Below, one piece after another: positions 19,740 through 28,189 of a DNA stretch of 37,985 nt. Each line of letters opens with the position of its first letter. Positions within the stretch are counted from its first letter, which is position 1. The notes beneath the pieces were generated by a model. The model had not been told where the DNA came from and made no database searches. It was given only the letters and a program-made list of their open reading frames with translations. The position numbers were made by a program, and so were the translations under genes. Source of the DNA: a virus (Duplodnaviria > Heunggongvirae > Uroviricota > Caudoviricetes); the IMG/VR virus record IMGVR_UViG_3300014614_000024, positions 1 to 37,985 of that record. The stretch is one strand, 5' to 3'.

Positions 19740-20573
19740 TCAGCAATTGGTCAGAGTGTCAGCGGGGGCGTTACCGCCTGTTGCACGCTGGCGGTAGTCC
19801 TGGCGACTGTCTTCATGACTCAGCTTGTCCACCAGTTCGTTAAAGGCGGTTTGCTGTGCCTGCAGGGCAGTCTCCAGCTCAGACAGGCGTTCTTCCTGCT
19901 CAGACAGGGATTTTTCGGTGCGTGCGCTCAGGTTCTGCTGCTCAGTGGCGACCAGCTCCACGGCCTTATGCACATCAGAGAACCGGGCGTCATCGGACTG
20001 CTCTTTTTTGGTAAACAGCGCCGTGACGCGGGCAAACAGGGACGGTTTGTCGTCCTGGATTTCTTCCAGTTCGATCACCGTTTCCTCTGCAGCGGTAAAG
20101 AGATTGGCAGGATTCTGCTTGCGGTTTGCCAGCGGGTTATGGGCTGCACTGGCGCTGAATGTCAGCATTTCCGTACCCAGACTGGCAGGGTCATCAGTGG
20201 CAGCCAGGCCGACCAGATAGGCTTTGCCCGTATCAGCGAACTTCGGGCTGACTTCCATAGAGGTGAATAATTTCTGGCCTTTTTTCACCAGTTCCACCAG
20301 GGACTCCGTTGGCTCAACGTCGGCATACAGCGCCATCTTGCCTGCCAGCGGACCTTCCGTGATTTCTTCAGCAAACAGCGCCGTCACCTTGCCGTAGCGG
20401 TTAAAGGTGCTGTCCGGCAGATAAGACTTGATGTGCTCAAGGTTAATCAGCGCGGTATACACCGCCGGGTTGTAGCTGGCTGCCATCTGTTCCAGCCATT
20501 CACGCTGGATTTCGCGTCCGTCGGTGGTGGCACCTTCCACCCCGATGCGAAAACGCTTTGCTTTCACTGTCAT
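19740..20573 (-). CDS. O: capsid scaffolding protein O
   Basis: 277 aa, P2 gpO-like; GGAG upstream of the ATG. Confidence 0.9.
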   Translation of the reverse strand: MTVKAKRFRIGVEGATTDGREIQREWLEQMAASYNPAVYTALINLEHIKSYLPDSTFNRYGKVTALFAEEITEGPLAGKMALYADVEPTESLVELVKKGQKLFTSMEVSPKFADTGKAYLVGLAATDDPASLGTEMLTFSASAAHNPLANRKQNPANLFTAAEETVIELEEIQDDKPSLFARVTALFTKKEQSDDARFSDVHKAVELVATEQQNLSARTEKSLSEQEERLSELETALQAQQTAFNELVDKLSHEDSRQDYRQRATGGNAPADTLTNC

Positions 20574-20651
20574 GAGCCGTGCTCCGTTAGAAAAAACTTA
20601 CAGGAGCCTTATGGTTGCGGTGATGGGGGCAGTGAAACAATGCGCGGTATT

Positions 20652-20669
20652 TGTACCGACAACCACACA
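20652..20669. promoter_or_regulatory. TGT-N12-ACA dyad (Ogr-type late-promoter activator site) in the divergent O/P intergenic region
   Basis: tgtaccgacaaccacaca read from the sequence; P2 late promoters carry a TGT-N12-ACA element near -55. Confidence 0.4.
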
Positions 20670-20715
20670 AACCGCAGGCGGGGAAAGCCTTCATTCAAGG
20701 CTGTAGGTTTGTGCC

Positions 20716-22482
20716 ATGAACACCACACTGACACCCGCAGATCTCGATCCCCGTCGGCAGGCCATGCTGCTGTACTTTCAGGGATACCGCGTAGCCCGCA
20801 TTGCTGAAATGCTGGGCGAGAAAGTTGCAACCGTTCACAGCTGGAAAAAACGCGACAAGTGGGGTGACTATGGGCCGCTGGATCAGATGCAGCTCACCAC
20901 CGCCGCACGCTACTGCCAGCTCATTATGAAGGAGCACAAAGAAGGGAAAGATTTCAAAGAAATTGACCTGCTGGCGCGCCAGTCGGAGCGCCACGCGCGG
21001 ATCGGCAAGTTTAACAATGGCGGCAACGAAGCCGACTTAAACCCTAACGTCGCCAACCGCAACAAAGGCCCGCGCCGTCAGCCGGAAAAGAATGTTTTCA
21101 CCGATGAACAGATAGAGAAACTGGAAGAAATCTTCCATTCCTCCATGTTCAACTACCAGCGCCACTGGTGGGAAGCCGGAAAAACCAACCGCATCCGCAA
21201 CCTGCTGAAGTCACGCCAGATCGGCGCGACCTTTTACTTTGCCCGTGAAGCCCTGATTGACGCCCTGCTTACCGGACGTAACCAGATTTTCCTTTCTGCC
21301 AGTAAGGCACAGGCTCACGTCTTTAAGCAGTACATCATCGACTTCGCCAAAGAAGTCGAGGTGGAGCTGAAAGGCGATCCGATGGTGCTTCCTAACGGGG
21401 CCACGCTTTACTTCCTCGGCACCAATGCCCGCACGGCGCAGAGTTACCACGGCAACCTGTATCTGGATGAATATTTCTGGATACCGAAATTCCAGGAGTT
21501 GCGCAAAGTGGCTTCCGGTATGGCTATTCACAAGAAATGGCGACAAACCTATTTTTCCACGCCATCCAGCCTGACCCACAGTGCTTATCCGTTCTGGTCC
21601 GGTGCGCTGTTCAACCGTGGACGCAACAAAGCTGACAAGGTGGACATCGACCTGTCCCACAGCAATCTGGCCCCCGGCCTACTGTGCGCAGACGGGCAAT
21701 ACCGCCAGATAGTCACCGTGGAAGATGCGGTGCGCGGCGGCTGTAACCTGTTCGACCTCGACCAGCTGCGCATGGAGTACAGCCCGGACGAATACCAGAA
21801 CCTGCTGATGTGCGAGTTCGTGGACGATCTCGCGTCCGTGTTCCCGCTCAGCGAACTGCAGGCGTGCATGGTGGACAGCTGGGAAGTCTGGACCGACTTT
21901 CATGCACTGGCCCTGCGCCCGTTTGGCTGGCGCGAAGTGTGGATCGGTTATGACCCGGCAAAAGGTACGCAGAACGGCGACAGTGCCGGATGCGTGGTGG
22001 TGGCTCCGCCAGCCGTGCCGGGTGGTAAGTTCCGCATTCTTGAGCGTCACCAGTGGCGCGGGATGGACTTCCGCGCCCAGGCTGACGCCATCAAAAAACT
22101 GACCGAACAGTATAACGTGACCTATATCGGTATCGACTCGACCGGCGTCGGTCACGGGGTTTACGAGAACGTGAAAGCGTTTTTTCCTGCCGTCAGGGAG
22201 TTTGTCTATAACCCCAACGTTAAAAACGCCCTGGTACTCAAGGCCTACGACATTATCAGCCACCGCCGTCTGGAGTTTGACGCCGGGCACACCGACATTG
22301 CGCAGTCATTTATGGCAATCCGTCGCGCTACCACTGCCAGTGGCAACCGCCCGACCTATGAAGCCAGCCGCAGCGAAGAAGCCAGCCATGCCGATCTGGC
22401 CTGGGCAACAATGCACGCACTGTTTAACGAACCGCTGCAGGGCGAGTCCGCCAATACCAGCAATATTGTGGAGATTTTTTGA
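20716..22482 (+). CDS. P: terminase ATPase (large) subunit P
   Basis: 588 aa, P2 gpP-like; divergent from O as in P2. Confidence 0.9.
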   Translation: MNTTLTPADLDPRRQAMLLYFQGYRVARIAEMLGEKVATVHSWKKRDKWGDYGPLDQMQLTTAARYCQLIMKEHKEGKDFKEIDLLARQSERHARIGKFNNGGNEADLNPNVANRNKGPRRQPEKNVFTDEQIEKLEEIFHSSMFNYQRHWWEAGKTNRIRNLLKSRQIGATFYFAREALIDALLTGRNQIFLSASKAQAHVFKQYIIDFAKEVEVELKGDPMVLPNGATLYFLGTNARTAQSYHGNLYLDEYFWIPKFQELRKVASGMAIHKKWRQTYFSTPSSLTHSAYPFWSGALFNRGRNKADKVDIDLSHSNLAPGLLCADGQYRQIVTVEDAVRGGCNLFDLDQLRMEYSPDEYQNLLMCEFVDDLASVFPLSELQACMVDSWEVWTDFHALALRPFGWREVWIGYDPAKGTQNGDSAGCVVVAPPAVPGGKFRILERHQWRGMDFRAQADAIKKLTEQYNVTYIGIDSTGVGHGVYENVKAFFPAVREFVYNPNVKNALVLKAYDIISHRRLEFDAGHTDIAQSFMAIRRATTASGNRPTYEASRSEEASHADLAWATMHALFNEPLQGESANTSNIVEIF

Positions 22483-23519
22483 TGGGAAAGAGTAAGAAGA
22501 ACCGCGCTGCGTCGACGAAACAGATCCAGCATAAAAGCCAGACTTCAGCCGAAGCATTCAGCTTCGGTGATCCCGTTCCTGTTCTGGACCGCCGCGAACT
22601 GCTGGACTATGTGGAATGCGTACAGATGGATCGTTGGTACGAGCCGCCTGTGAGTTTCGACGGACTGGCGCGAACCTTCCGCGCCGCCGTGCATCACAGC
22701 TCACCGATTGCAGTGAAGTGCAACATTCTGACCAGCACCTACATCCCTCACCCGCTGCTCAGCCAGCAGGCTTTTTCGCGTTTTGTACAGGACTATCTGG
22801 TTTTTGGTAACGCCTACCTGGAGAAACGCACGAACCGCTTCGGTGAAGTTATCGCCCTTGAGCCTGCACTGGCAAAATACACCCGACGCGGGTTAGACCT
22901 TGATACCTACTGGTTTGTGCAATACGGCATGACTACGCAGCCGTATCAGTTCACGAAAGGCAACATTTTTCATCTGATGGAACCGGACATCAACCAGGAG
23001 ATCTACGGCCTGCCTGGTTATCTTTCTGCCATTCCGTCAGCTCTGCTCAACGAGTCCGCCACGCTGTTCCGCCGCAAGTATTACATTAACGGCAGTCATG
23101 CAGGCTTCATCATGTACATGACCGATGCAGCGCAGAACCAGGAGGATGTGAACAACCTCCGCAATGCGATGAAAAGCGCCAAAGGTCCTGGTAACTTCCG
23201 TAACCTGTTTATGTACTCGCCTAACGGTAAAAAGGACGGGCTTCAGATTATCCCGTTGTCAGAAGTGGCGGCGAAGGATGAGTTCCTGAATATCAAGAAC
23301 GTGAGCCGGGACGACATGATGGCGGCGCATCGTGTGCCGCCACAAATGATGGGGATAATGCCTAATAATGTCGGGGGGTTTGGGGATGTGGAGAAGGCCA
23401 GCCGTGTATTCGTCCGAAATGAGCTAATGCCACTACAAAAGCGATTACAGGAGATGAATGATTGGCTTGGCAAGGAGGCGATACAGTTTAATACCTACTC
23501 GCTAGATATAGTCCCATAA
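22479..23519 (+). CDS. Q: portal protein Q
   Basis: 346 aa, P2 gpQ-like; 4-bp overlap with P. Confidence 0.9.
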   Translation: MMGKSKKNRAASTKQIQHKSQTSAEAFSFGDPVPVLDRRELLDYVECVQMDRWYEPPVSFDGLARTFRAAVHHSSPIAVKCNILTSTYIPHPLLSQQAFSRFVQDYLVFGNAYLEKRTNRFGEVIALEPALAKYTRRGLDLDTYWFVQYGMTTQPYQFTKGNIFHLMEPDINQEIYGLPGYLSAIPSALLNESATLFRRKYYINGSHAGFIMYMTDAAQNQEDVNNLRNAMKSAKGPGNFRNLFMYSPNGKKDGLQIIPLSEVAAKDEFLNIKNVSRDDMMAAHRVPPQMMGIMPNNVGGFGDVEKASRVFVRNELMPLQKRLQEMNDWLGKEAIQFNTYSLDIVP

Positions 23520-23524
23520 TAAGA

Positions 23525-23546
23525 AAAGCCACCGTTTGGTGGCTTT
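23525..23546. terminator. bidirectional hairpin terminator between convergent Q and the HIRAN gene
   Basis: aaagccacc-gttt-ggtggcttt, flanked by A-run on the left and ttttctt on the right. Confidence 0.55.
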
Positions 23547-23553
23547 TCTTCAT

Positions 23554-24294
23554 TTACTCAATAGGTTCAAACTCATCCTGAGGAATCAGCGTCGATTGAC
23601 AGGCTTGGCTTAGTACTCCTGATAATTTACATAATAACCGATAGTTATGAGGAGCATCATCGCTAATCTTTTCGACCGTTAAAGTGATTGATTTTGGATC
23701 ATCCAATAACATCTTCTTGATATCATTACTTAAATACCTAGGGCAGTAACCAACGATTTCAGCTGGTTTATCTGCACGAACGACAACAGCATCCCCATCG
23801 TATTCATTTTGAAGATCCAAGCAAAGACGCAAAATTTGCCCCGGTTTCAATTCAGATACACGAGCATTAGCTAAGCTATTTAAGTAACCAAGTCCATGTA
23901 AGAAGAAAAAATGCTCAAAGTTACCATCAGAATCAACATCAATTTTTTTGAAAATCTGCAGCTGATCAGTGCTTCGTAAGCCTCCCGAGCGAGCAAGAAT
24001 ATCGATAGGATTTACCTTATCTTCTTCAAATCCAAGCCATTTAATGAAACTCGGATACTCTGGACGTCTCGGTGATAAAAGGCGATTTTTAAAAAGAGGA
24101 AACAATTCTTCCGAAACATAAGTTTCACGAACATCACTCATGCCGCTAAACTTTGTAAATTTAGTAGATTTAAGAGCACCTTTGGTATACCTGAAAACAT
24201 ACCCCGATTTGCGCTCTTGCAAGTTACCAACAACATGCCAGTCTCTGGTATCTGGTGCCTGCCATGCGACGTAAACGGAGTTTGTATTAGTCAT
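23554..24294 (-). CDS. HIRAN-domain protein (cargo; second gene of a two-gene operon)
   Basis: 246 aa; C-terminal segment LRLCLDLQNEYDGDAVVVRADKPAEIVGYCPRYLSNDIKKMLLD fits the HIRAN signature (N.yD..A..V...G.IGY.PR) as I recall it; ATG overlaps the upstream stop (ATGA); AT-rich. Confidence 0.6.
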   Translation of the reverse strand: MTNTNSVYVAWQAPDTRDWHVVGNLQERKSGYVFRYTKGALKSTKFTKFSGMSDVRETYVSEELFPLFKNRLLSPRRPEYPSFIKWLGFEEDKVNPIDILARSGGLRSTDQLQIFKKIDVDSDGNFEHFFFLHGLGYLNSLANARVSELKPGQILRLCLDLQNEYDGDAVVVRADKPAEIVGYCPRYLSNDIKKMLLDDPKSITLTVEKISDDAPHNYRLLCKLSGVLSQACQSTLIPQDEFEPIE

Positions 24295-25205
24295 TCTAGT
24301 AACCTTCTGCGATTTTCCATTACCATTAACGTTGCAAATCTACGTGCACTGTCGGATATACACGATGAAGGCACTTGGTTAAACACATCTGTAATGGAAT
24401 CTTCTGTTAAAACGCTCAACTTACCTAACCAATGGTCGCGAGCGGCAACTCTCCCTTCAACTGCATGTTGAAATGCTTCAACGGTCAGCAAGGGCTTTTT
24501 ATCAGTTTTTGCTTTGAATAGCTCAGAGCGAGCTTTTCTTACAAAACATGGGATTTGTCGATTTTTATCTTTAGTATTAAGCCGTTCGTTACGCTCATCA
24601 TCTAACATCTCCCTTCCTAAACTAGCGGCATGATCGTATGTTGGACACAAAAACTGCTCACCAGTTTCATTGTTAAGCATGATCGCCCAATTTTCATGAT
24701 GGCGATCTTGATTACTCACAAGTGCATCGAGCATCAAAAATCCACAAAATACATCTGCTGCATTTAGCCCGGTTAGATCATATACACTCGGAGGAGGCTT
24801 GATAGATTCCCTATCTAAACAACCCAATACCCTTGTGACAGTGTGTTCTCTGACCCTTACCGGCTTTTCCCCGGCTTGTAAAGGCCCTGGATAATCGAAT
24901 GTCGAACTGTGAAGCACTTCATTTCCCATTACCATCCGGAAACCAGATGGAATGATATTCTGAGTCACCACACCGAATCGACCATTGTATCGCGCCAAAT
25001 CATAGCTAGCATGTGGAATGTTAAGCAAATGACATAACTCAGCAGCACACTTTTCAGACCAATGCTCGCCAGTACCTGGCCTAGAGTACTTAAACAACTG
25101 CAAATTTACAGTGTCATCGGAGAAATAGAACCAAAACTTCTCTTTGGTTCCTAACTGTTCAAGATCGTTAGCTACGGGGCTAAGCTCTACCAATTGGTAT
25201 GGCAT
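24291..25205 (-). CDS. HipA-like Ser/Thr kinase core (short form, lacks the HipA N-terminal subdomains)
   Basis: 304 aa; motifs GTKEKF (compare HipA G.QEK), SNQDRHHENW (catalytic loop D.H..N) and LCPTYD (compare HipA LAPAYD); AGGGA upstream of the ATG at 25205. Confidence 0.65.
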   Translation of the reverse strand: MPYQLVELSPVANDLEQLGTKEKFWFYFSDDTVNLQLFKYSRPGTGEHWSEKCAAELCHLLNIPHASYDLARYNGRFGVVTQNIIPSGFRMVMGNEVLHSSTFDYPGPLQAGEKPVRVREHTVTRVLGCLDRESIKPPPSVYDLTGLNAADVFCGFLMLDALVSNQDRHHENWAIMLNNETGEQFLCPTYDHAASLGREMLDDERNERLNTKDKNRQIPCFVRKARSELFKAKTDKKPLLTVEAFQHAVEGRVAARDHWLGKLSVLTEDSITDVFNQVPSSCISDSARRFATLMVMENRRRLLE

Positions 25206-25350
25206 CTGACATCCCTGTTTAGCGGATTATGAATAAGTTAGGTTCCATTTTATCCAAACATTGTCAAATACTCTAAGATTTATTAGATGATAGAGCGATA
25301 CTGTATGCATGTCCAGCAATCAAATCAATATATAACTCTTATATGACTTA

Positions 25351-25380
25351 GCGCGCGCTCGTATCCCCGCCACGCCTGCC
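25351..25380 (-). other. putative cos site (cohesive-end region)
   Basis: minus-strand GGCGTGGCGGGGA (plus 25365-25376 ccccgccacgcc) matches the first 13 nt of the 186/P2 cohesive end as I recall it; lies in the only large non-coding gap between Q and A; flanked by repeated TCATGC motifs. Confidence 0.35.
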
Positions 25381-25867
25381 CGCTTTATGCAGTGGTTTTC
25401 ATGCACCTGCATGACATGAGTAAAAGCTCGCCAGTTCTAGCAGGTCTCTGCAAAAACGATCCTCAATCGATCATGCGATTTCATGCAGCATAGTCATGCA
25501 CAGCCAAGGGAAGCGTAAATCCGTATCTGAATGACCGCTGAAAAGCGAATCATACGGGTTTACAAAGATGAAAGTCCGCTGTGAGTGAAAAGCGGACATT
25601 AACTCCTTGCTTTTTGGCACTGAAACAGAGCGAAGCAGCATGTAAGCTGTTACGGATGCGCAGCGGTGACAACAGCAACTTCAATTAAGGAAATGCTCTT
25701 GGTTTTCGGGGAGACTTTTCGAGCGATATATGATAATGAAGACACTAAAAAACTGAACAGAAACGTCTAGCTCAATATGACTTCTGTTCAGGTATAAATG
25801 GTCTATTTATATATTCTCTCTTCAAATCCTTACTGAATACTCTCGAAGATGGCTAACGCCCCCTCTC

Positions 25868-26830
25868 TTAACCTTCATAGTTCATGCCGCCAAGATACGA
25901 AGGTATCATCATTAATGATTTAACCCTTTCTTTTTCTTTTTCGGTGAGATGACGACATGCAAATGGGTAAATATTGATCAAAAATGTCTTGAGTTCGTCA
26001 AATGCCTCATCTGAATATAGGGTCCCAGATCTTAACTCATTCATTATTGTCATGACCCATTTTATAAACACAGTTGGCATCATTACATCAGCTATATCTT
26101 CCCAGCCATCAATAAGGCCATTGTTTGTTTGTTTTCTAACATACTGCCGGAGTGCTTGGTCGCAGTTGCCTCGACACGTCCAAAAAATATGTTCATTATA
26201 CTCTGGTTCTTTTTCGTAGTCGGTGCGGATTCTTTGCCATATAGTGATAATTCCCTTGTCGTCTTGAGACAGAAGCTCTTTCTTGCAAACTTTGCATTTT
26301 AAGCTAGGTTCATCGGAAAATATTCTTGCGGGTTTGGGGTTTTCTGTTTTCCACTCAGATAACGACTTTGGGAAGTACCTTTCGGCAATTTCCAATCCTC
26401 TGGAAGAGTGTAAAAGTTCCCTCTCTATTTTCTCTTTATCGAAAACCTGAAATTCAATTCGTCCTTTCAACCCGTCAAGTATTCCAGACAGACCTGCACT
26501 AGCAAGAGTTGAATAGAACCCGATAAATCCTTGGCAGTTATTCGCTATTACTCGATCAGTAATATTTGCATCATCTCCTGGATTAACTGAATTTCCACTA
26601 TGAGCTTTATGCTTACAGCTTACCAACCAACGGATAATTGTTTCCCCGCCGACACCAGTCCTTTTTTCTTCGGCTATAATATCAACCCCACCGTCAGCCC
26701 CTCTATCTGGGTCAGATATAATTTTATATCCCAGAAAAGCTAAGAAGTCGCGAGAAAAAAGTTCAAATGTGTCTTGCAGCCCTGTTGCTTTATGAGCCTC
26801 TGGTATTTCTTTGAAGTCTAATACTGGCAT
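25868..26830 (-). CDS. Mrr-cat-like PD-(D/E)xK nuclease domain fused to a Cys-rich (CxxC...CxxxC) C-terminal domain; cargo
   Basis: 320 aa; N-terminal GADGGVDIIAEE...LVSCKHK resembles the restriction-endonuclease (Mrr catalytic) core; C-terminal CKVCKK...CRGNC; AT-rich; own divergent promoter region. Confidence 0.5.
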   Translation of the reverse strand: MPVLDFKEIPEAHKATGLQDTFELFSRDFLAFLGYKIISDPDRGADGGVDIIAEEKRTGVGGETIIRWLVSCKHKAHSGNSVNPGDDANITDRVIANNCQGFIGFYSTLASAGLSGILDGLKGRIEFQVFDKEKIERELLHSSRGLEIAERYFPKSLSEWKTENPKPARIFSDEPSLKCKVCKKELLSQDDKGIITIWQRIRTDYEKEPEYNEHIFWTCRGNCDQALRQYVRKQTNNGLIDGWEDIADVMMPTVFIKWVMTIMNELRSGTLYSDEAFDELKTFLINIYPFACRHLTEKEKERVKSLMMIPSYLGGMNYEG

Positions 26831-27112
26831 TTTTATGGGGTCCTTAAGTTGTTAATGCTTATTGGGTGGAAAGAACCGTATTTAAACACGGAGTTTCTGC
26901 CTCTGTAAATTTAATATGTAGAACACTCATCACTTTTTATAACTGACAATAGGATATTTAGACGTCTGTTTTTGGCACAAAGCAGACAAAAAACTGAAGG
27001 CCCACTGTGAACGAGAAACGGACTATGATACTAACAAGAGAGCATCACTGTTAATATTTGAACAATTAATGCTCAGCTATTTATCTATTTTTACAATTAG
27101 AAAGGACTTGTA

Positions 27113-27523
27113 ATGGTTACGGTTGATGAATTAAAGATGAAATATCCGGACGCGAATGCCTGGCAAATGGGCGACAGCCCTGAACTGGCTAACGAGCTTG
27201 CAGCGCTTATCAAAAAAGGAATTAAAACGGCCTCCTGCGGCTCTTATGCCTCTTACCAGAAGGAAGAGTTTGCCCCAAGGATTGGGAGCTATAACATCAT
27301 CCTTAACGGCCAAGATGTACCGGTATACGTGACCCGGCTGGTGTCGATGCGACTGGTGCGTTTTTGTGATGTTACTGCCGAGTTCGCTCGCAAGGAAGGT
27401 GAAGGCGATTTGAGTCTTGAATATTGGCAGAGAGAGCATCAACGATTTTTTACATGTGAAGGTTACTTTTCTGATGATATGGAGCTGATTATGGAAGAGT
27501 TTGAAGTTGTTGATGTTTTGTAA
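27113..27523 (+). CDS. ASCH (PUA-like) domain protein; cargo
   Basis: 136 aa; resembles the YqfB/ASCH family by eye (IKKGIKTAS..., ...AEFARKEGEGD...); AAAGGA 6 nt upstream of the ATG. Confidence 0.55.
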   Translation: MVTVDELKMKYPDANAWQMGDSPELANELAALIKKGIKTASCGSYASYQKEEFAPRIGSYNIILNGQDVPVYVTRLVSMRLVRFCDVTAEFARKEGEGDLSLEYWQREHQRFFTCEGYFSDDMELIMEEFEVVDVL

Positions 27524-27675
27524 TCCAACAACGTTTATGCATGTCAGATTAGAATAACTGAGTACCGTTTTATCACGTGAAATTTGTATTAATGCCCGCC
27601 TCTGGCACAAAGCGAACGAGCACTTATCAAAATGCCCACCCACCTTACGCCTCGTTTCACTCGTTGCCAAAACTA

Positions 27676-27705
27676 GCCCCCATCAGAATGAATCCTCTTG
27701 GGGGC
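27676..27705. terminator. hairpin terminator (gccccc...gggggc) between the ASCH gene and the convergent DinI-like gene
   Basis: 6-bp G/C stem with 18-nt loop; on the minus strand it is followed by tagTTTTgg, 9 nt after the DinI-like stop. Confidence 0.45.
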
Positions 27706-27713
27706 AACGTTTC

Positions 27714-27947
27714 TTAATGCAGCCAGCTGTCGTCTTCCCACACCTTCTGCATAATTTTCATCACTTGTTTTCTTTCTTCGTCCAGTTGCAATCCGGTAAG
27801 TTCCACACCGTTAGAGCTACCTTTGCGGATACGAATTACCGTTTTGGGATACAGGGGGCGCAGATTGCGGTAAAGCTCGGATTCAAGGGCGTCCAGGGTA
27901 GACTGGCTAATCTTCTGCTCTTTATCGATCATTATTTCAATGCGCAT
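27714..27947 (-). CDS. DinI-family protein
   Basis: 77 aa; MRIEIMIDK...ELYRNL...KIMQKVWEDD parallels E. coli DinI (MRIEVTIAK...ILQETWESADDW); GAGGTG 7 nt upstream. Confidence 0.7.
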   Translation of the reverse strand: MRIEIMIDKEQKISQSTLDALESELYRNLRPLYPKTVIRIRKGSSNGVELTGLQLDEERKQVMKIMQKVWEDDSWLH

Positions 27948-27958
27948 AAAAAGTCACC

Positions 27959-28147
27959 TCAACTGATGACATCCATTGAGCGGTTGTATTCGTGGGTTCT
28001 GATTTTTGCCATGAGTTCATCTGTTAGTTCAGAAACCCACTGCAAAGCCAGCCCCTTCTCTTCATCACTACACTCACTAGTCGCTACAAGCTTAAGAAAA
28101 AAATCAATGCGCTGGAGCTTCAAAGACTCCAAAAAATAGTCCTGCAT
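27959..28147 (-). CDS. small acidic protein, first gene of the SOS-box operon (candidate Tum-like antirepressor)
   Basis: 62 aa; AGGAGG upstream of ATG 28147; LexA box 43-58 bp upstream; positional analogy to 186 tum only, no sequence recognition. Confidence 0.35.
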   Translation of the reverse strand: MQDYFLESLKLQRIDFFLKLVATSECSDEEKGLALQWVSELTDELMAKIRTHEYNRSMDVIS

Positions 28148-28189
28148 CTTTCCTCCTATGACACCAAAGCAATACTGTATACATAACCA

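Noticed and set aside
19181-20270. 220-aa, 151-aa and 131-aa plus-strand ORFs across N and O
   Set aside because: Antisense to the capsid and scaffold genes; no start context.
20677-20688. Second cos-like match (GGCGGGGAAAGC) in the O/P intergenic region
   Set aside because: Wrong location for a P2-family cos (it would split the late operons); more likely a chance G-rich match within the late-promoter region.
21679-22290. 203-aa minus-strand ORF inside the terminase gene P
   Set aside because: Antisense to a conserved gene.
25400-25700. Retron msr/msd-like non-coding RNA (hairpins in an accessory-locus gap)
   Set aside because: No reverse transcriptase gene anywhere in the window; the hairpins are better explained as terminator or cos-associated structure.
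26973-26987. Sigma-54 promoter (TGGCAC -24 element)
   Set aside because: No TTGC -12 element at the required spacing in any of the three TGGCAC copies.
27131-27670. 179-aa minus-strand ORF overlapping the ASCH gene
   Set aside because: The plus-strand ASCH ORF has a recognisable domain and ribosome-binding site; the antisense frame has neither.
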